From IMG/VR virus record IMGVR_UViG_3300043436_003448, positions 2,369-66,368 of that record: a stretch of DNA of 64,000 bases; one strand, 5' to 3'. Below the pieces are notes generated by a model. The model saw only the letters and a program-made list of their open reading frames with translations. It searched no databases and was not told the origin of the DNA. This DNA comes from a virus. The translations under genes were made by a program, and so were the position numbers. Shown here one piece after another: positions 39,607 to 47,918 of the stretch. Position 1 is the stretch's first letter. Every line of letters begins with the position of its first letter.

Positions 39607-39825
39607 ATGATGCAAAAGGCAGCAGTTAAGAGGTGGTGCAAACGTGGCGACACAATCAGAACGGTCAAGCCTTTGCATTTAGCTCCGGGGCGGCATTTGC
39701 ACAGCATTTGCGACACTGCAGATTCCTGTGCGTATGCCAATGAATTGATCGCAAAGGGGCGGTGGGAAGTTAGTGCCTGTGGCTTGTGCGGTCGCAGCGT
39801 TGACTATTGCGACTGCGAGCAATGA
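39607..39825 (+). CDS. Cassette gene, Cys-rich hypothetical
   Basis: C-terminal CGLC..CDC; its TGA lies in the site at 39823. Confidence 0.55.
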   Translation: MMQKAAVKRWCKRGDTIRTVKPLHLAPGRHLHSICDTADSCAYANELIAKGRWEVSACGLCGRSVDYCDCEQ

Positions 39826-39867
39826 GCAGCGGTGTTGGTGTTCGCGTTTACTTTTGGGAGGTGAATT

Positions 39868-40086
39868 GTGGCAGTGGCAGCAAAGGTAAAGAGACCGTTT
39901 CAGAAGCTGAAAGGTGTAACGAAAGAGAATGACGAATACGCTATGTTCAACGATCGTCGTCCGTTCGTGTTCTCGATGGTGTTCCGGGACGGGAGCAAGG
40001 TTGAGAGTGAGGGCAGTGTCAGGCCAGAAGACTGCAAGCGGTTGGCGGAGATTTTCAAAGAGTTGATGGCGTTGGCGAAAAAGTAA
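39868..40086 (+). CDS. Cassette gene, hypothetical
   Basis: GGAGGTG RBS; its TAA lies in the site at 40084. Confidence 0.65.
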   Translation: MAVAAKVKRPFQKLKGVTKENDEYAMFNDRRPFVFSMVFRDGSKVESEGSVRPEDCKRLAEIFKELMALAKK

Positions 40087-40134
40087 ACGCGGTATGTTGG
40101 TCCGCTCGCATTGAAAGTTGAAAGACGGTGATTT

Positions 40135-40299
40135 ATGTATGAATTTGGCATCTATTGGGTGTGGTTTTACAACCACGCGGAACCACGAGTCATGAAGTTT
40201 TCGTCCGGTGGCTGGGAGAGTTTCCGCAGTGATCGGTTTATCCGTGACGAGATTGATTTTACTGAGCGAAAGCCTCAGAGGATCAGTGTTCCGGAGTAA
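40135..40299 (+). CDS. Cassette gene, 54-aa hypothetical
   Basis: Hand translation MYEFGIYWVWFYNHAEPRVMKF..RISVPE*; below the ORF-track cutoff; ends in the half site. Confidence 0.55.
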   Translation: MYEFGIYWVWFYNHAEPRVMKFSSGGWESFRSDRFIRDEIDFTERKPQRISVPE

Positions 40300-40329
40300 G
40301 TGCGGACTTGTAGTTATGGAGGTGATCAA

Positions 40330-40644
40330 ATGTCCGAGGCCAACACAGCAGTGAAGACGCAAGAGCACAAGCCAGATCTTTCACGACTTCCAGTCTGCGG
40401 AGGCGGCTGGCAACCGATGGACGCAAAGCGATCCTGGAATGATGGGACACAGGTACTCGTAGCCGTCCCAGTGCATAGCAAAATTCGGAACAGCAGAATG
40501 CGTGCTGTTGATGACTGGTTTTACGAGTTCTCTGTGATTGTGATCCGATGCGATGAGGACTACTTTGAGATCGAGACGGCTGACGGTGATGCCTGGGGCT
40601 GGGATCTTGACAGCGTTGATTTCTATGTGATCCTCAGTGAGTAA
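40330..40644 (+). CDS. Cassette gene, hypothetical
   Basis: GGAGGTG RBS; WQPMD..DGTQVLV resembles common small phage proteins. Confidence 0.65.
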   Translation: MSEANTAVKTQEHKPDLSRLPVCGGGWQPMDAKRSWNDGTQVLVAVPVHSKIRNSRMRAVDDWFYEFSVIVIRCDEDYFEIETADGDAWGWDLDSVDFYVILSE

Positions 40645-40690
40645 CTGAGGATAGGATCTGCACTCCGCTAGGCGCGGGAAGGGTAATAAA

Positions 40691-40933
40691 ATGCTAGGTC
40701 ACGTCGTTCAGTTAACGTACTCCCAGAACGTTAAGCAGTGGGAATTTCCGCCGTCGAAATTTGTCACCTACACGAAATCCGATGAAGCCTGGGCAAGGCC
40801 GCTCGGGTTCGGTCGAGAAGTCACAGTCCTGAGAGTGTTTACGATTCCTCGTGCGGTCTGTGTTGGGCATGAGAACCACACATACAATTTCCGAGCGTTG
40901 TTCTCTGATTCGGTGACCGGCGTTCAGGTTTGA
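40691..40933 (+). CDS. Cassette gene, hypothetical
   Basis: ORF bounded by the sites at 40650 and 40939. Confidence 0.6.
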   Translation: MLGHVVQLTYSQNVKQWEFPPSKFVTYTKSDEAWARPLGFGREVTVLRVFTIPRAVCVGHENHTYNFRALFSDSVTGVQV

Positions 40934-40973
40934 AGTAAACGCGGAGCACACTACCGCGTGTCAGGGGTCAATT

Positions 40974-41201
40974 ATGAGCAGGCTATTTTGGATTGAGCCA
41001 GCAGAACCGAAGCCAAGGCAAAAGCCTCGCAAACTGATGCACGTCATTGACGCTGGTGGTGGTGACTGCGGCGGAATGGAACGCGGCAAGCATCTTGTGC
41101 GGTTCGGGTGCGGGACATGCAAGCATAAAACCGAGTGGCAGACTGTGAAGAATATCACTGAGGGAAAGCGTGGGATTCCCTGTCCGAAGTGCAATGAGTG
41201 A
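40974..41201 (+). CDS. Cassette gene, Zn-ribbon protein
   Basis: CGTC..CPKC; its TGA lies in the site at 41199. Confidence 0.65.
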   Translation: MSRLFWIEPAEPKPRQKPRKLMHVIDAGGGDCGGMERGKHLVRFGCGTCKHKTEWQTVKNITEGKRGIPCPKCNE

Positions 41202-41239
41202 TATCGGTTGAGCGTTCCGCTGCTCATTGGGGTTTCTGT

Positions 41240-41455
41240 ATGCGATACGAGCAAAAGGCAGTGATAGAAAAAGCCGCCCCGCGAAAACTGATCGCGGGGG
41301 CACGGGGTCGGTATCGCGTTAAGTGTCTGTGTGGCAGGACGAGTATTTTCGACGCTTTCTCGTGGGCCGGTCACGGAGCACTGAGGTGCAAAGGGTGTAG
41401 GCGGTACATCAGCCAGGCTGGTGTGATTGCTGATAATCGAAGCGAGTTAAAGTAG
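41240..41455 (+). CDS. Cassette gene, Zn-ribbon protein
   Basis: CLCG..CKGC; its TAG lies in the site at 41453. Confidence 0.6.
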   Translation: MRYEQKAVIEKAAPRKLIAGARGRYRVKCLCGRTSIFDAFSWAGHGALRCKGCRRYISQAGVIADNRSELK

Positions 41456-41493
41456 CATCGGAATCGTGTTCCTCTAGGCGCTGTGGTGCAAAC

Positions 41494-41721
41494 ATGATGG
41501 CAGACCTGAAATGGATTCAGCCAGGATACGTTGTGGAACTGCATACGGGATGCTGGTTGAAGCAGGCTGGTGTCAATCACACAACAACACTGGAACTGAA
41601 GTGGGCAACGCGTTGGCCGACTGAACGGTCAGCCAAAAGAGCATTGAGCCGAACGCGGAAAGCATCAATGAAGAATTTTGCAGGCGCAAAGATTTACGGC
41701 ACGGATTTGGATAAAGAGTAA
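41494..41721 (+). CDS. Cassette gene, hypothetical
   Basis: Its TAA lies in the site at 41719. Confidence 0.6.
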   Translation: MMADLKWIQPGYVVELHTGCWLKQAGVNHTTTLELKWATRWPTERSAKRALSRTRKASMKNFAGAKIYGTDLDKE

Positions 41722-41758
41722 ACGCGGATCGTGGTTCCTCTAGGCGCAGAAAGGTTGA

Positions 41759-42034
41759 GTGATGGACGACCGAACGACGTGTAAAAAATGTGGATACTCC
41801 ACCTATGTTTGCCTCGAAGTGGTCGACGGCGTTCGGCTGTGCAGGGTGTGTAAGTCAAAGACTCTGCATCCACACTGGCCGCGAGGTCGCTGGAACGGCC
41901 AGAGGATCATGGGCGCTTCGGTGCGATGTGCGATCGATCTGGCCTATTGTCGCTGGAAGCCGCGATGGGATAAATACTCACATTGTTTTTCGTGGCTGTG
42001 GTTCCGAATGTGGCTTGAAGCGGTTTACGAATAA
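41759..42034 (+). CDS. Cassette gene, Cys/Trp-rich hypothetical
   Basis: CKKC..CRVC; its TAA lies in the site at 42032. Confidence 0.55.
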   Translation: MMDDRTTCKKCGYSTYVCLEVVDGVRLCRVCKSKTLHPHWPRGRWNGQRIMGASVRCAIDLAYCRWKPRWDKYSHCFSWLWFRMWLEAVYE

Positions 42035-42066
42035 CAGAGGACTGGTACTCCGATAGTGAGGTTCAA

Positions 42067-42372
42067 ATGTTTGAAATCGTTGTATTGATGTCCAATCTCG
42101 TAGTCATTGGCCTGCTGTCGTGGCATTGCTTTCAGCAGTCCGAGCGGATTGCAGAACTGAATAAAGACTACGATGCAGTTTTGATGGATACGCTGGGACT
42201 CAATGAGGAAATCGCGTACTACGACACCTGCATTAAAGAGATCGAAGGCGAGCGTGAGAGGCTGCAGCAGATGTGGGATGAACGGCCCGGAATGGTCGAA
42301 CATCGTGCCGCAGAGTCAATTCTGGATGCGTTGGACTTATTGAAGCGGCAGTTGAATTCAACAGAGGTGTGA
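42067..42372 (+). CDS. Cassette gene, TM plus coiled-coil protein
   Basis: N-terminal hydrophobic helix then heptad pattern; shares a cassette with 42377..42592. Confidence 0.6.
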   Translation: MFEIVVLMSNLVVIGLLSWHCFQQSERIAELNKDYDAVLMDTLGLNEEIAYYDTCIKEIEGERERLQQMWDERPGMVEHRAAESILDALDLLKRQLNSTEV

Positions 42373-42376
42373 GTCA

Positions 42377-42592
42377 ATGAAGAAGACGAGGCGGAAACGC
42401 AGGCAAGAGCGAGAAAAGCTGATAAGGATGTGTGAGGCGGCGGCGAAAAAGATCGGGCGTCTGTGGGCCGGTCACATACTCGGTCGACCATGTATCGTTT
42501 GTGGACAGGCTGGAACAGGAATTGGCGACGGGTTCGTGTACTGTCAGTCACATTGGAATGAAGCGTTCGCGGCCAAAGTAAACGCGGAGTGA
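42377..42592 (+). CDS. Cassette gene, basic Zn-finger-like protein
   Basis: CIVC..CQSH; reads into the site at 42579. Confidence 0.55.
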   Translation: MKKTRRKRRQEREKLIRMCEAAAKKIGRLWAGHILGRPCIVCGQAGTGIGDGFVYCQSHWNEAFAAKVNAE

Positions 42593-42616
42593 CGCTACCT
42601 CTGTTCTTTTGAAAGG

Positions 42617-42835
42617 TTGTTTGAGATGGGTTTTAAACGATATGACCTGATTGTGAGGCAGTCCGGAACTCGCATGGAAGAGAGGACGGATGGCGATTTC
42701 GTTCTTGCCGATGAGGCTCAGGCGGAAATTGATCGGTACAGAGCCAAACTTGCAGCAATCCGTGCCGTTCATGATTCGGCACAAGATGACGAAGCGGTAT
42801 GCCTGGAGATTGGTTTGATTCTGAGTAAAGAGTAA
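42617..42835 (+). CDS. Cassette gene, hypothetical
   Basis: KRYDL..MEERTDGDFVL; its TAA lies in the site at 42833. Confidence 0.6.
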   Translation: MFEMGFKRYDLIVRQSGTRMEERTDGDFVLADEAQAEIDRYRAKLAAIRAVHDSAQDDEAVCLEIGLILSKE

Positions 42836-42889
42836 ACGCGGAATAACTGCCCTCTAGGCGCGCAGAATTAAGAAAACAAAGGAGTTCTT

Positions 42890-43951
42890 GTGGCAGATTC
42901 GATAACACTGATGCCTCCGCATCTTGATTGCCTGACCATCGATCCGCACGCAATTCGTAAAGAAATCGAGGCTGGATACATTTCAGAGCAGCATCATCCT
43001 GAGTGGTCCTTGCGAATCCTGAACTACACTCAGCGGTGTCAGTTCGATTGGCGGTGGAATCCTCAGACCATGCAGTGTCGCGGCCTGATCGTCGATGATG
43101 CGTGGAATATCATCGCCAGGCCGTTTCCAAAGTTCTTCAGCGTAGAGCAGTTGGGCGGAGTCGTTCCTGTTGAACCGTTTGAGGCTTACGAGAAGCTCGA
43201 TGGTTCGCTTGGAATCCTATATTTCGTCGACGGCAAACCGCAGATGGCCAGCCGGGGCAGCTTCATCAGTGAGCAGGCTCAGCGGGCTACGGAGATGCTG
43301 GAAACCAAGTACAAAGACGCGAAGCTTGATCCGTCATTTACATACCTGTTCGAGATCATTTACCCGGAAAATCGCATCGTCGTTGACTACGGCGGGCGAG
43401 AAGAACTGGTCCTGCTCGCTATTATTGAAACAGAAACCGGCGTCGAGTGGCCGCTACACGGCTTCGATTCAGTGTTTCCAGTGGTGAAGCGATATGACGG
43501 GTTCAGCCAGTTCGATGAGCTTCTGGCGAATCAGGACAGCAGCCGGGAAGGCTTCGTCGTCCGGTTCGAGTCAGGACAGCGAGTCAAAATCAAGTTCGAC
43601 GAATACAAGCGGCTTCACAAGTTGCTGACCGGCGTCAGTCCAAAAGCAATCTGGGAAGTCCTGAAGTCTGGTTCTGACATCTCGAAGGTAATCGAGCGGG
43701 TTCCAGATGAGTTTTTCAAATGGGTCCGTGAGACTGAGAACGATCTGCGCGGGGCGTTCGCCTCGATCGAATCGGATGCCAGGTCGGAAATGCGGTACGT
43801 CGGGACTCGGAAGGAACTGGCAGAGCATTTCAAGACGTGCCGCTATCCTGCGGTGATGTTCAACATGCTCGACAACCGGGACTATTCCGAAACAATCTGG
43901 AAGCTGATCAAGCCATCCGGGAAGGCGTTTCGGTGTGACATTGACGTGTAG
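42890..43951 (+). CDS. Cassette gene: RNA ligase (T4 Rnl1-like)
   Basis: CRGLI, PFPKFF, motif I EKLDGSLG, SRGSF, FEII, EGFVV and VKIK. Confidence 0.85.
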   Translation: MADSITLMPPHLDCLTIDPHAIRKEIEAGYISEQHHPEWSLRILNYTQRCQFDWRWNPQTMQCRGLIVDDAWNIIARPFPKFFSVEQLGGVVPVEPFEAYEKLDGSLGILYFVDGKPQMASRGSFISEQAQRATEMLETKYKDAKLDPSFTYLFEIIYPENRIVVDYGGREELVLLAIIETETGVEWPLHGFDSVFPVVKRYDGFSQFDELLANQDSSREGFVVRFESGQRVKIKFDEYKRLHKLLTGVSPKAIWEVLKSGSDISKVIERVPDEFFKWVRETENDLRGAFASIESDARSEMRYVGTRKELAEHFKTCRYPAVMFNMLDNRDYSETIWKLIKPSGKAFRCDIDV

Positions 43952-44000
43952 GGTGAGGAGCGGATAACCATACCGATTTCACTGAGAACAGGGGGGACAA

Positions 44001-44276
44001 ATGGCGGCAGCGAAACAAAAACAACGGTTCAAGTCGATCGAGTCGGCTGAACGAAGAATCAGATTGCTGGAAAAACGGTTCGCGGAACTGGACGGCATTT
44101 GCGATCAGTACGTGGCAGAACTGAAGGCGCAGAAAAAGGTCTCAGTTGCTCTCGCGAAACTGGCATCAAAAGGCCCGGCGTTTTCGAATCCGCTTGACGC
44201 ATGGGAAGCGGAGCAGTGCAGGGATTTGATTCTGTCGCAGTGTGGTCTGAATCCAGACGGCACGGTCAAACAATAG
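44001..44276 (+). CDS. Cassette gene, coiled-coil hypothetical
   Basis: Its TAG stop forms part of the site at 44274. Confidence 0.6.
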   Translation: MAAAKQKQRFKSIESAERRIRLLEKRFAELDGICDQYVAELKAQKKVSVALAKLASKGPAFSNPLDAWEAEQCRDLILSQCGLNPDGTVKQ

Positions 44277-44319
44277 CGGATGACCATCACCGCGTTTACT
44301 TTTTTTGGAGAGTCAATCA

Positions 44320-44541
44320 ATGGGTATTTGTGCGGCTATCGATCATAAGTCGTTCCCAGAGCAGTCATCGTCCAGCCCGCCCGGAACAAAGGTGCGAGTG
44401 TGCTTCAAATATAACACTGGCTACATGATTGACGGTGAAATCGTCAGGAACGACATCGAAGAGCCAGGCGTTGGAATCATTCGTCTCAGTGACGGAAGGC
44501 ATGTATTGTTCACCGAGTGCATGTATTCGATCGTGAGATGA
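44320..44541 (+). CDS. Last cassette gene, hypothetical (SH3-like beta)
   Basis: FPEQ..GTKVRVCFKY..GEIVRND.EEP..IIRLSDGR; GGAG RBS. Confidence 0.6.
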   Translation: MGICAAIDHKSFPEQSSSSPPGTKVRVCFKYNTGYMIDGEIVRNDIEEPGVGIIRLSDGRHVLFTECMYSIVR

Positions 44542-44630
44542 GTAGCGTATCCGGAATGCTCTTTCACTTCAAACCAATATGTAACTTACAGGTAACATCC
44601 CTTTTTTTAACCATGAAAAGGCTGGCAAGC

Positions 44631-45731
44631 ATGACACTCACGAAAGAAACCGCGACGATCGAGAAGATTGATCCATCAAAACCCTTGGAAGTTTCCACGC
44701 CAGAAACGGCCATGAAGCTTTTCGAACCAGTAACGGCCGAACTGGGGATTGCCAAGATTCAGGAGTTCAAGGGGCTGACTCTGGAACTCAACGGGATCGA
44801 CAAAGTGAAGGCCAGCCGAATACTGGCAAAGAAAGCTCGCTGTGCTGTTACCAATCGCCAGAAGGAACTGGTTGAAGGTGCAAAGAAATTCCAGAAGGAT
44901 GTCGACGGAGCCGCCAAAAAGATCATCGGACTAATTGAACCCGTTGAAACTTACCTGGAAGGCGAGGAAGCCAAGCACCAGAGAATTCTCGACGAAGAAC
45001 GGAAGAAGGAAGAGGCGAAGAAGGCCGCCATTCTTCAGGAACGCTGCGATAGGCTGGCAAAGGCTGGTATTCCGGCTGGAAATCTCGTTGCCCTCGGAAA
45101 CATGACTGACGAGCTTTTCGAATGGCATTACAAGGATCAGGTTGAAAAGGCTGAAGCCGCCAGGGTGAAAGCTGAAGAGGAGAGAATTCAGCGGGAGAAA
45201 GAGCAGAAGGAACGAGAGGAGGCACTTCGGAAGCAGCAGGCAGAGTTGAAGGCCCAGAGGGAACAGCTGGCGGCCGAAGAGGAGAGGCTTCGACAAATCG
45301 AATTGAGCAGGGTGAATGCTGCTCCTTCCTCTCCGGCCGAAGAAGAGGATGTTTTTGAGATTGAAGACGATGAACCGGCAGAAGTGTTGATTCACAAGTC
45401 ACAGGGATGGACATCGCAGAAGGTCTACACGGAACCGCTGATTCCAGTTGAACCGAACGTTCCGCCCTCCTCTTTCCGGCCGATACCGGAGCCAGCACCA
45501 ATTGCCCCTGAAAATCCAATTCATACCGGTCGCAATCAGGTGTTTTTCCCGGCAGACATCGTTGACCAGTTGAGCCAGGCCGAAACATTAGCTCGAGCCA
45601 ATAAGAAAGAGGGGATTGCAAATCTGATGAGAGCGGCGAAGTTTGAGATTCAGAGACTCAGGAAATTACTCACTGAGAATTCTCAGCAGACTCAGCCGCC
45701 TGTTCTCGCTGGAGCTCAATCCTCTTCTTGA
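44631..45731 (+). CDS. Coiled-coil phage protein (DUF1351-like N-terminus)
   Basis: KARCAVTNRQKEL..KDVDGAAKKIIGLIEPVETYL; start uncertain (44613 or 44631). Confidence 0.5.
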   Translation: MTLTKETATIEKIDPSKPLEVSTPETAMKLFEPVTAELGIAKIQEFKGLTLELNGIDKVKASRILAKKARCAVTNRQKELVEGAKKFQKDVDGAAKKIIGLIEPVETYLEGEEAKHQRILDEERKKEEAKKAAILQERCDRLAKAGIPAGNLVALGNMTDELFEWHYKDQVEKAEAARVKAEEERIQREKEQKEREEALRKQQAELKAQREQLAAEEERLRQIELSRVNAAPSSPAEEEDVFEIEDDEPAEVLIHKSQGWTSQKVYTEPLIPVEPNVPPSSFRPIPEPAPIAPENPIHTGRNQVFFPADIVDQLSQAETLARANKKEGIANLMRAAKFEIQRLRKLLTENSQQTQPPVLAGAQSSS

Positions 45732-46476
45732 TCAGATCCAAAATCTTATGCTTTCGAACATCGCCGCCGGCCGGGACATCCAGAATCACTCTGGCGTTCT
45801 GAGCCGGTTTCATTTTTTCCGCCCACTTCATTTCCATTTCCAGAAGACTCTGGGCGACCGCGATAGCACCTGAATCACCTTTTCCGGAGGTGATTTTCTT
45901 TGTCTTTAGCTTCCCGTTTTCATCGTAAGTGCATTCGATTTTCGGCTTGATTGACTGCTCGACAACCAGTTGAGCAATTGCAGACAACCAACTAATACGG
46001 ACAGGAAGATATCGAGCCGCGCCGGAATGCCAGTTTGCCAATGCTGATTGATATTGATCCGGACCCGATACCGAAATATCGTTTGCCGTCGGAAGAAAGT
46101 CTTGATTCGTGCGAAGGAGAGATTCGCCGTATTCTTCAGCCTGAGCCCTGAACCGCGGATCCCCAAGGTGATCGAAGAAATTTGCCGGGATTTTGAAATC
46201 TGCCGGAATCCCGGAAGGTGTTTCAATTTTTACTTTCCTCTGAGGAGCCTTCTCCTTTTTAGCTGGCTTCTTATTTTCTACTGGTGGTTTCTCAACTGGT
46301 GGTTTCCGTGATGCTGGCCGCCCCTTCTTTCCGGCTGCCTGCAATTTCTTTTGTTCCTGCTGCCTCTTCTGTTCAGCTAACAATTCGTGAAAGCCCGAAA
46401 CGCCAACAGGACGGCCCGCCGGTTTCCCGTTGTTCCGTCCTGTCTGTTCGTTTTGGTTGTCGTTCGTGCCCGCCAT
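45670..46476 (-). CDS. Hypothetical protein (weak small-terminase candidate)
   Basis: 268 aa, basic N-terminus with GRP motifs; function unsupported. Confidence 0.45.
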   Translation of the reverse strand: MAGTNDNQNEQTGRNNGKPAGRPVGVSGFHELLAEQKRQQEQKKLQAAGKKGRPASRKPPVEKPPVENKKPAKKEKAPQRKVKIETPSGIPADFKIPANFFDHLGDPRFRAQAEEYGESLLRTNQDFLPTANDISVSGPDQYQSALANWHSGAARYLPVRISWLSAIAQLVVEQSIKPKIECTYDENGKLKTKKITSGKGDSGAIAVAQSLLEMEMKWAEKMKPAQNARVILDVPAGGDVRKHKILDLIKKRIELQREQAAESAENSQ

Positions 46477-46498
46477 CAGCCGCCAGCTTCAGGATTGA

Positions 46499-47713
46499 TC
46501 AGGACTGAGATTCTGATTCATTGCTCGCTGGGATTGTAGCAGATGGCCGAGCCCGCATAGCAGCCAACTTTCTCCCAACTGCCTGACCTGTGATCGTAAT
46601 GCCAGCAGTCTTTAAGGCCTGCATAGCCCTCGGGGTGTCAATATCCGGGTTCGCTTCATAGAGCCGGGCTAAAAGATCATCAGGTGAATCGACCGAGCCA
46701 GCTTCTTCATCACTGATTTCCGGAGGATCGGCAACAACTGAGACTTCGGCCGGAGAGGAGGGAAGCTCAGGAATTTGAACTTCAGCCTTCATCAGTTCAC
46801 CGGATCCGCCGGAAGTGTCATCGGCGCCGATCATCGATTCACGATAAACGTGATCGTCGGCCGCTCCCTGAAGTTGGGCCTTCTGATACAGATCCTCCTT
46901 TGACAAAGCAGTGATCTTCAGCCGATCGGCGACCGCTCGCACTTCATCCTCAGAAACTTTCTTCACTCGAGCAATCACGGAAACAAATTGCCCTTGTCGA
47001 AGTAGCTCCTCAATCGTTGCTGGATCCTCCGGAGCTTCCTGAATCTTGCCCTGGGCTTTCAAGTGCTGGCGGATGCGTGACAATGCTGATCCTGAATCGG
47101 CAATGATATTCTTCCGAGTCTTCTCGTTTTCGTCTTCTGGATGCCAGCCAGCCGGGACAACGGAACCGGGCTCCCGGGCTTCCTGTTCAATCAGGAACTG
47201 CATCACATTCCCATTCTGGAAGAACGGACCGCGCCAAACGTGATCTTCGCCGGACTTGTCGAGCCAACCGTAATCACGAGCGATGTACTGCCATTTCCGC
47301 CCGCCGTCGTTTTTGTACTCTTCCAAAAGCTCTTTCACCGGTCGCAGGCTTCGAGTCTTTGAAACGTCCATGCTTTTCATCTGGACTTCAACAGATTCGA
47401 ACAGCGCCCAGAACTGCCGCCCAGGGATGCCGGTTTTCTGGTCGAGGCCTTCCCCGTCGGTAACGATCCATCCCCATGCGTCGGCCAGCCGGACACAAGC
47501 AGTATGAATCTTGATGCAGCTTGCCGGGACATCGCCATTTAATGCGATGTTCAACGCCGCTGAAATGGCATTCTCAAGCCAGTCCGGGAAAAACCGATCT
47601 TCTGAGAGCGACCATTTTCGTTTCGCGTCGATCATGGTTTTTAAGGCCGATTTGATTTCCGTTTCACGGTTTACGGCCGGAGAGGAGGGGGTTGAGATCG
47701 TGCCAGCAGACAT
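46499..47713 (-). CDS. Hypothetical protein, possible C-terminal HTH
   Basis: Probable start MSAGTIST at 47713; the longer ORF-track start runs through attP. Confidence 0.6.
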   Translation of the reverse strand: MSAGTISTPSSPAVNRETEIKSALKTMIDAKRKWSLSEDRFFPDWLENAISAALNIALNGDVPASCIKIHTACVRLADAWGWIVTDGEGLDQKTGIPGRQFWALFESVEVQMKSMDVSKTRSLRPVKELLEEYKNDGGRKWQYIARDYGWLDKSGEDHVWRGPFFQNGNVMQFLIEQEAREPGSVVPAGWHPEDENEKTRKNIIADSGSALSRIRQHLKAQGKIQEAPEDPATIEELLRQGQFVSVIARVKKVSEDEVRAVADRLKITALSKEDLYQKAQLQGAADDHVYRESMIGADDTSGGSGELMKAEVQIPELPSSPAEVSVVADPPEISDEEAGSVDSPDDLLARLYEANPDIDTPRAMQALKTAGITITGQAVGRKLAAMRARPSATIPASNESESQS

Positions 47714-47830
47714 TGAATGTGCTCCAGAGTGCTTCAAAACTGAGAATGCGAGTTTCCCCGCTGAGTAGCACATAAGTAGCACAGAACCAATGCAATTGCA
47801 ATAACATTGGCAAAACGCAGCAAACCCACT

Positions 47831-47876
47831 GACTCTTAATCCGTAGGTCGTAGGTTCGAGTCCTACTGGGAGCACC
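47831..47876 (+). other. attP core = 3' half of tRNA-Lys(CTT)
   Basis: GACTCTTAATCCGTAGGTCGTAGGTTCGAGTCCTACTGGGAGCACC: anticodon loop CTT plus T arm, with no D arm or 5' acceptor strand; ~190 bp upstream of the integrase. Confidence 0.85.
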
Positions 47877-47883
47877 TCAAAAG

Positions 47884-47918
47884 AAGCTGGGAAATCGCAA
47901 GGTTTTCCAGCTTTTTTC
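47884..47918 (+). terminator. Terminator downstream of attP tRNA half
   Basis: AAGCTGGGAAA-loop-TTTTCCAGCTT followed by a T-run. Confidence 0.7.

Larger units (their letters stand above)
37856..44300 (+). repeat. Array of ~31-bp dyad sites, consensus RRTRA(CA/AC)GCGG-N9-CCG(C/A)(TG/GT/TA)
   Basis: Left-arm hexamers start at 37862, 38129, 38975, 39285, 39571, 39827, 40087, 40300 (half site), 40650, 40939, 41202, 41456, 41722, 42035, 42582, 42836, 43958 and 44274. Spacer is 9 nt in 14 sites and 10 nt in 3. Confidence 0.9.
36641..44541 (+). mobile_element. Putative integron-like recombinase plus gene-cassette array
   Basis: Recombinase followed by ~19 short co-oriented ORFs delimited by 18 copies of a conserved dyad site. 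Confidence 0.7.

Noticed and set aside
42357-42380. Cassette site between 42067..42372 and 42377..42592
   Set aside because: CAACAGAGG resembles a left arm, but no right arm follows at 9-10 nt; treated as a two-gene cassette.
37856-44300. CRISPR array or classical integron (attC) interpretation of the repeats
   Set aside because: Units between repeats are whole genes of about 200-1100 bp, and no cas genes are present. The sites are ~31 bp with no RYYYAAC/GTTRRRY ends, and the recombinase is not recognisably IntI.
37856-44300. Repeats as simple rho-independent terminators
   Set aside because: Most copies have mismatched stems and no U-tract, while spacer length is conserved, which suits a protein-bound DNA dyad better. 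An RNA-level role is not fully excluded.
44539-44570. A 19th cassette site closing the array
   Set aside because: AGTAGCGTATCCGG only loosely resembles a left arm and has no matching right arm, so it was not counted.
47821-47876. Functional tRNA-Lys gene
   Set aside because: The D arm and 5' acceptor strand are missing; better explained as the attP core.
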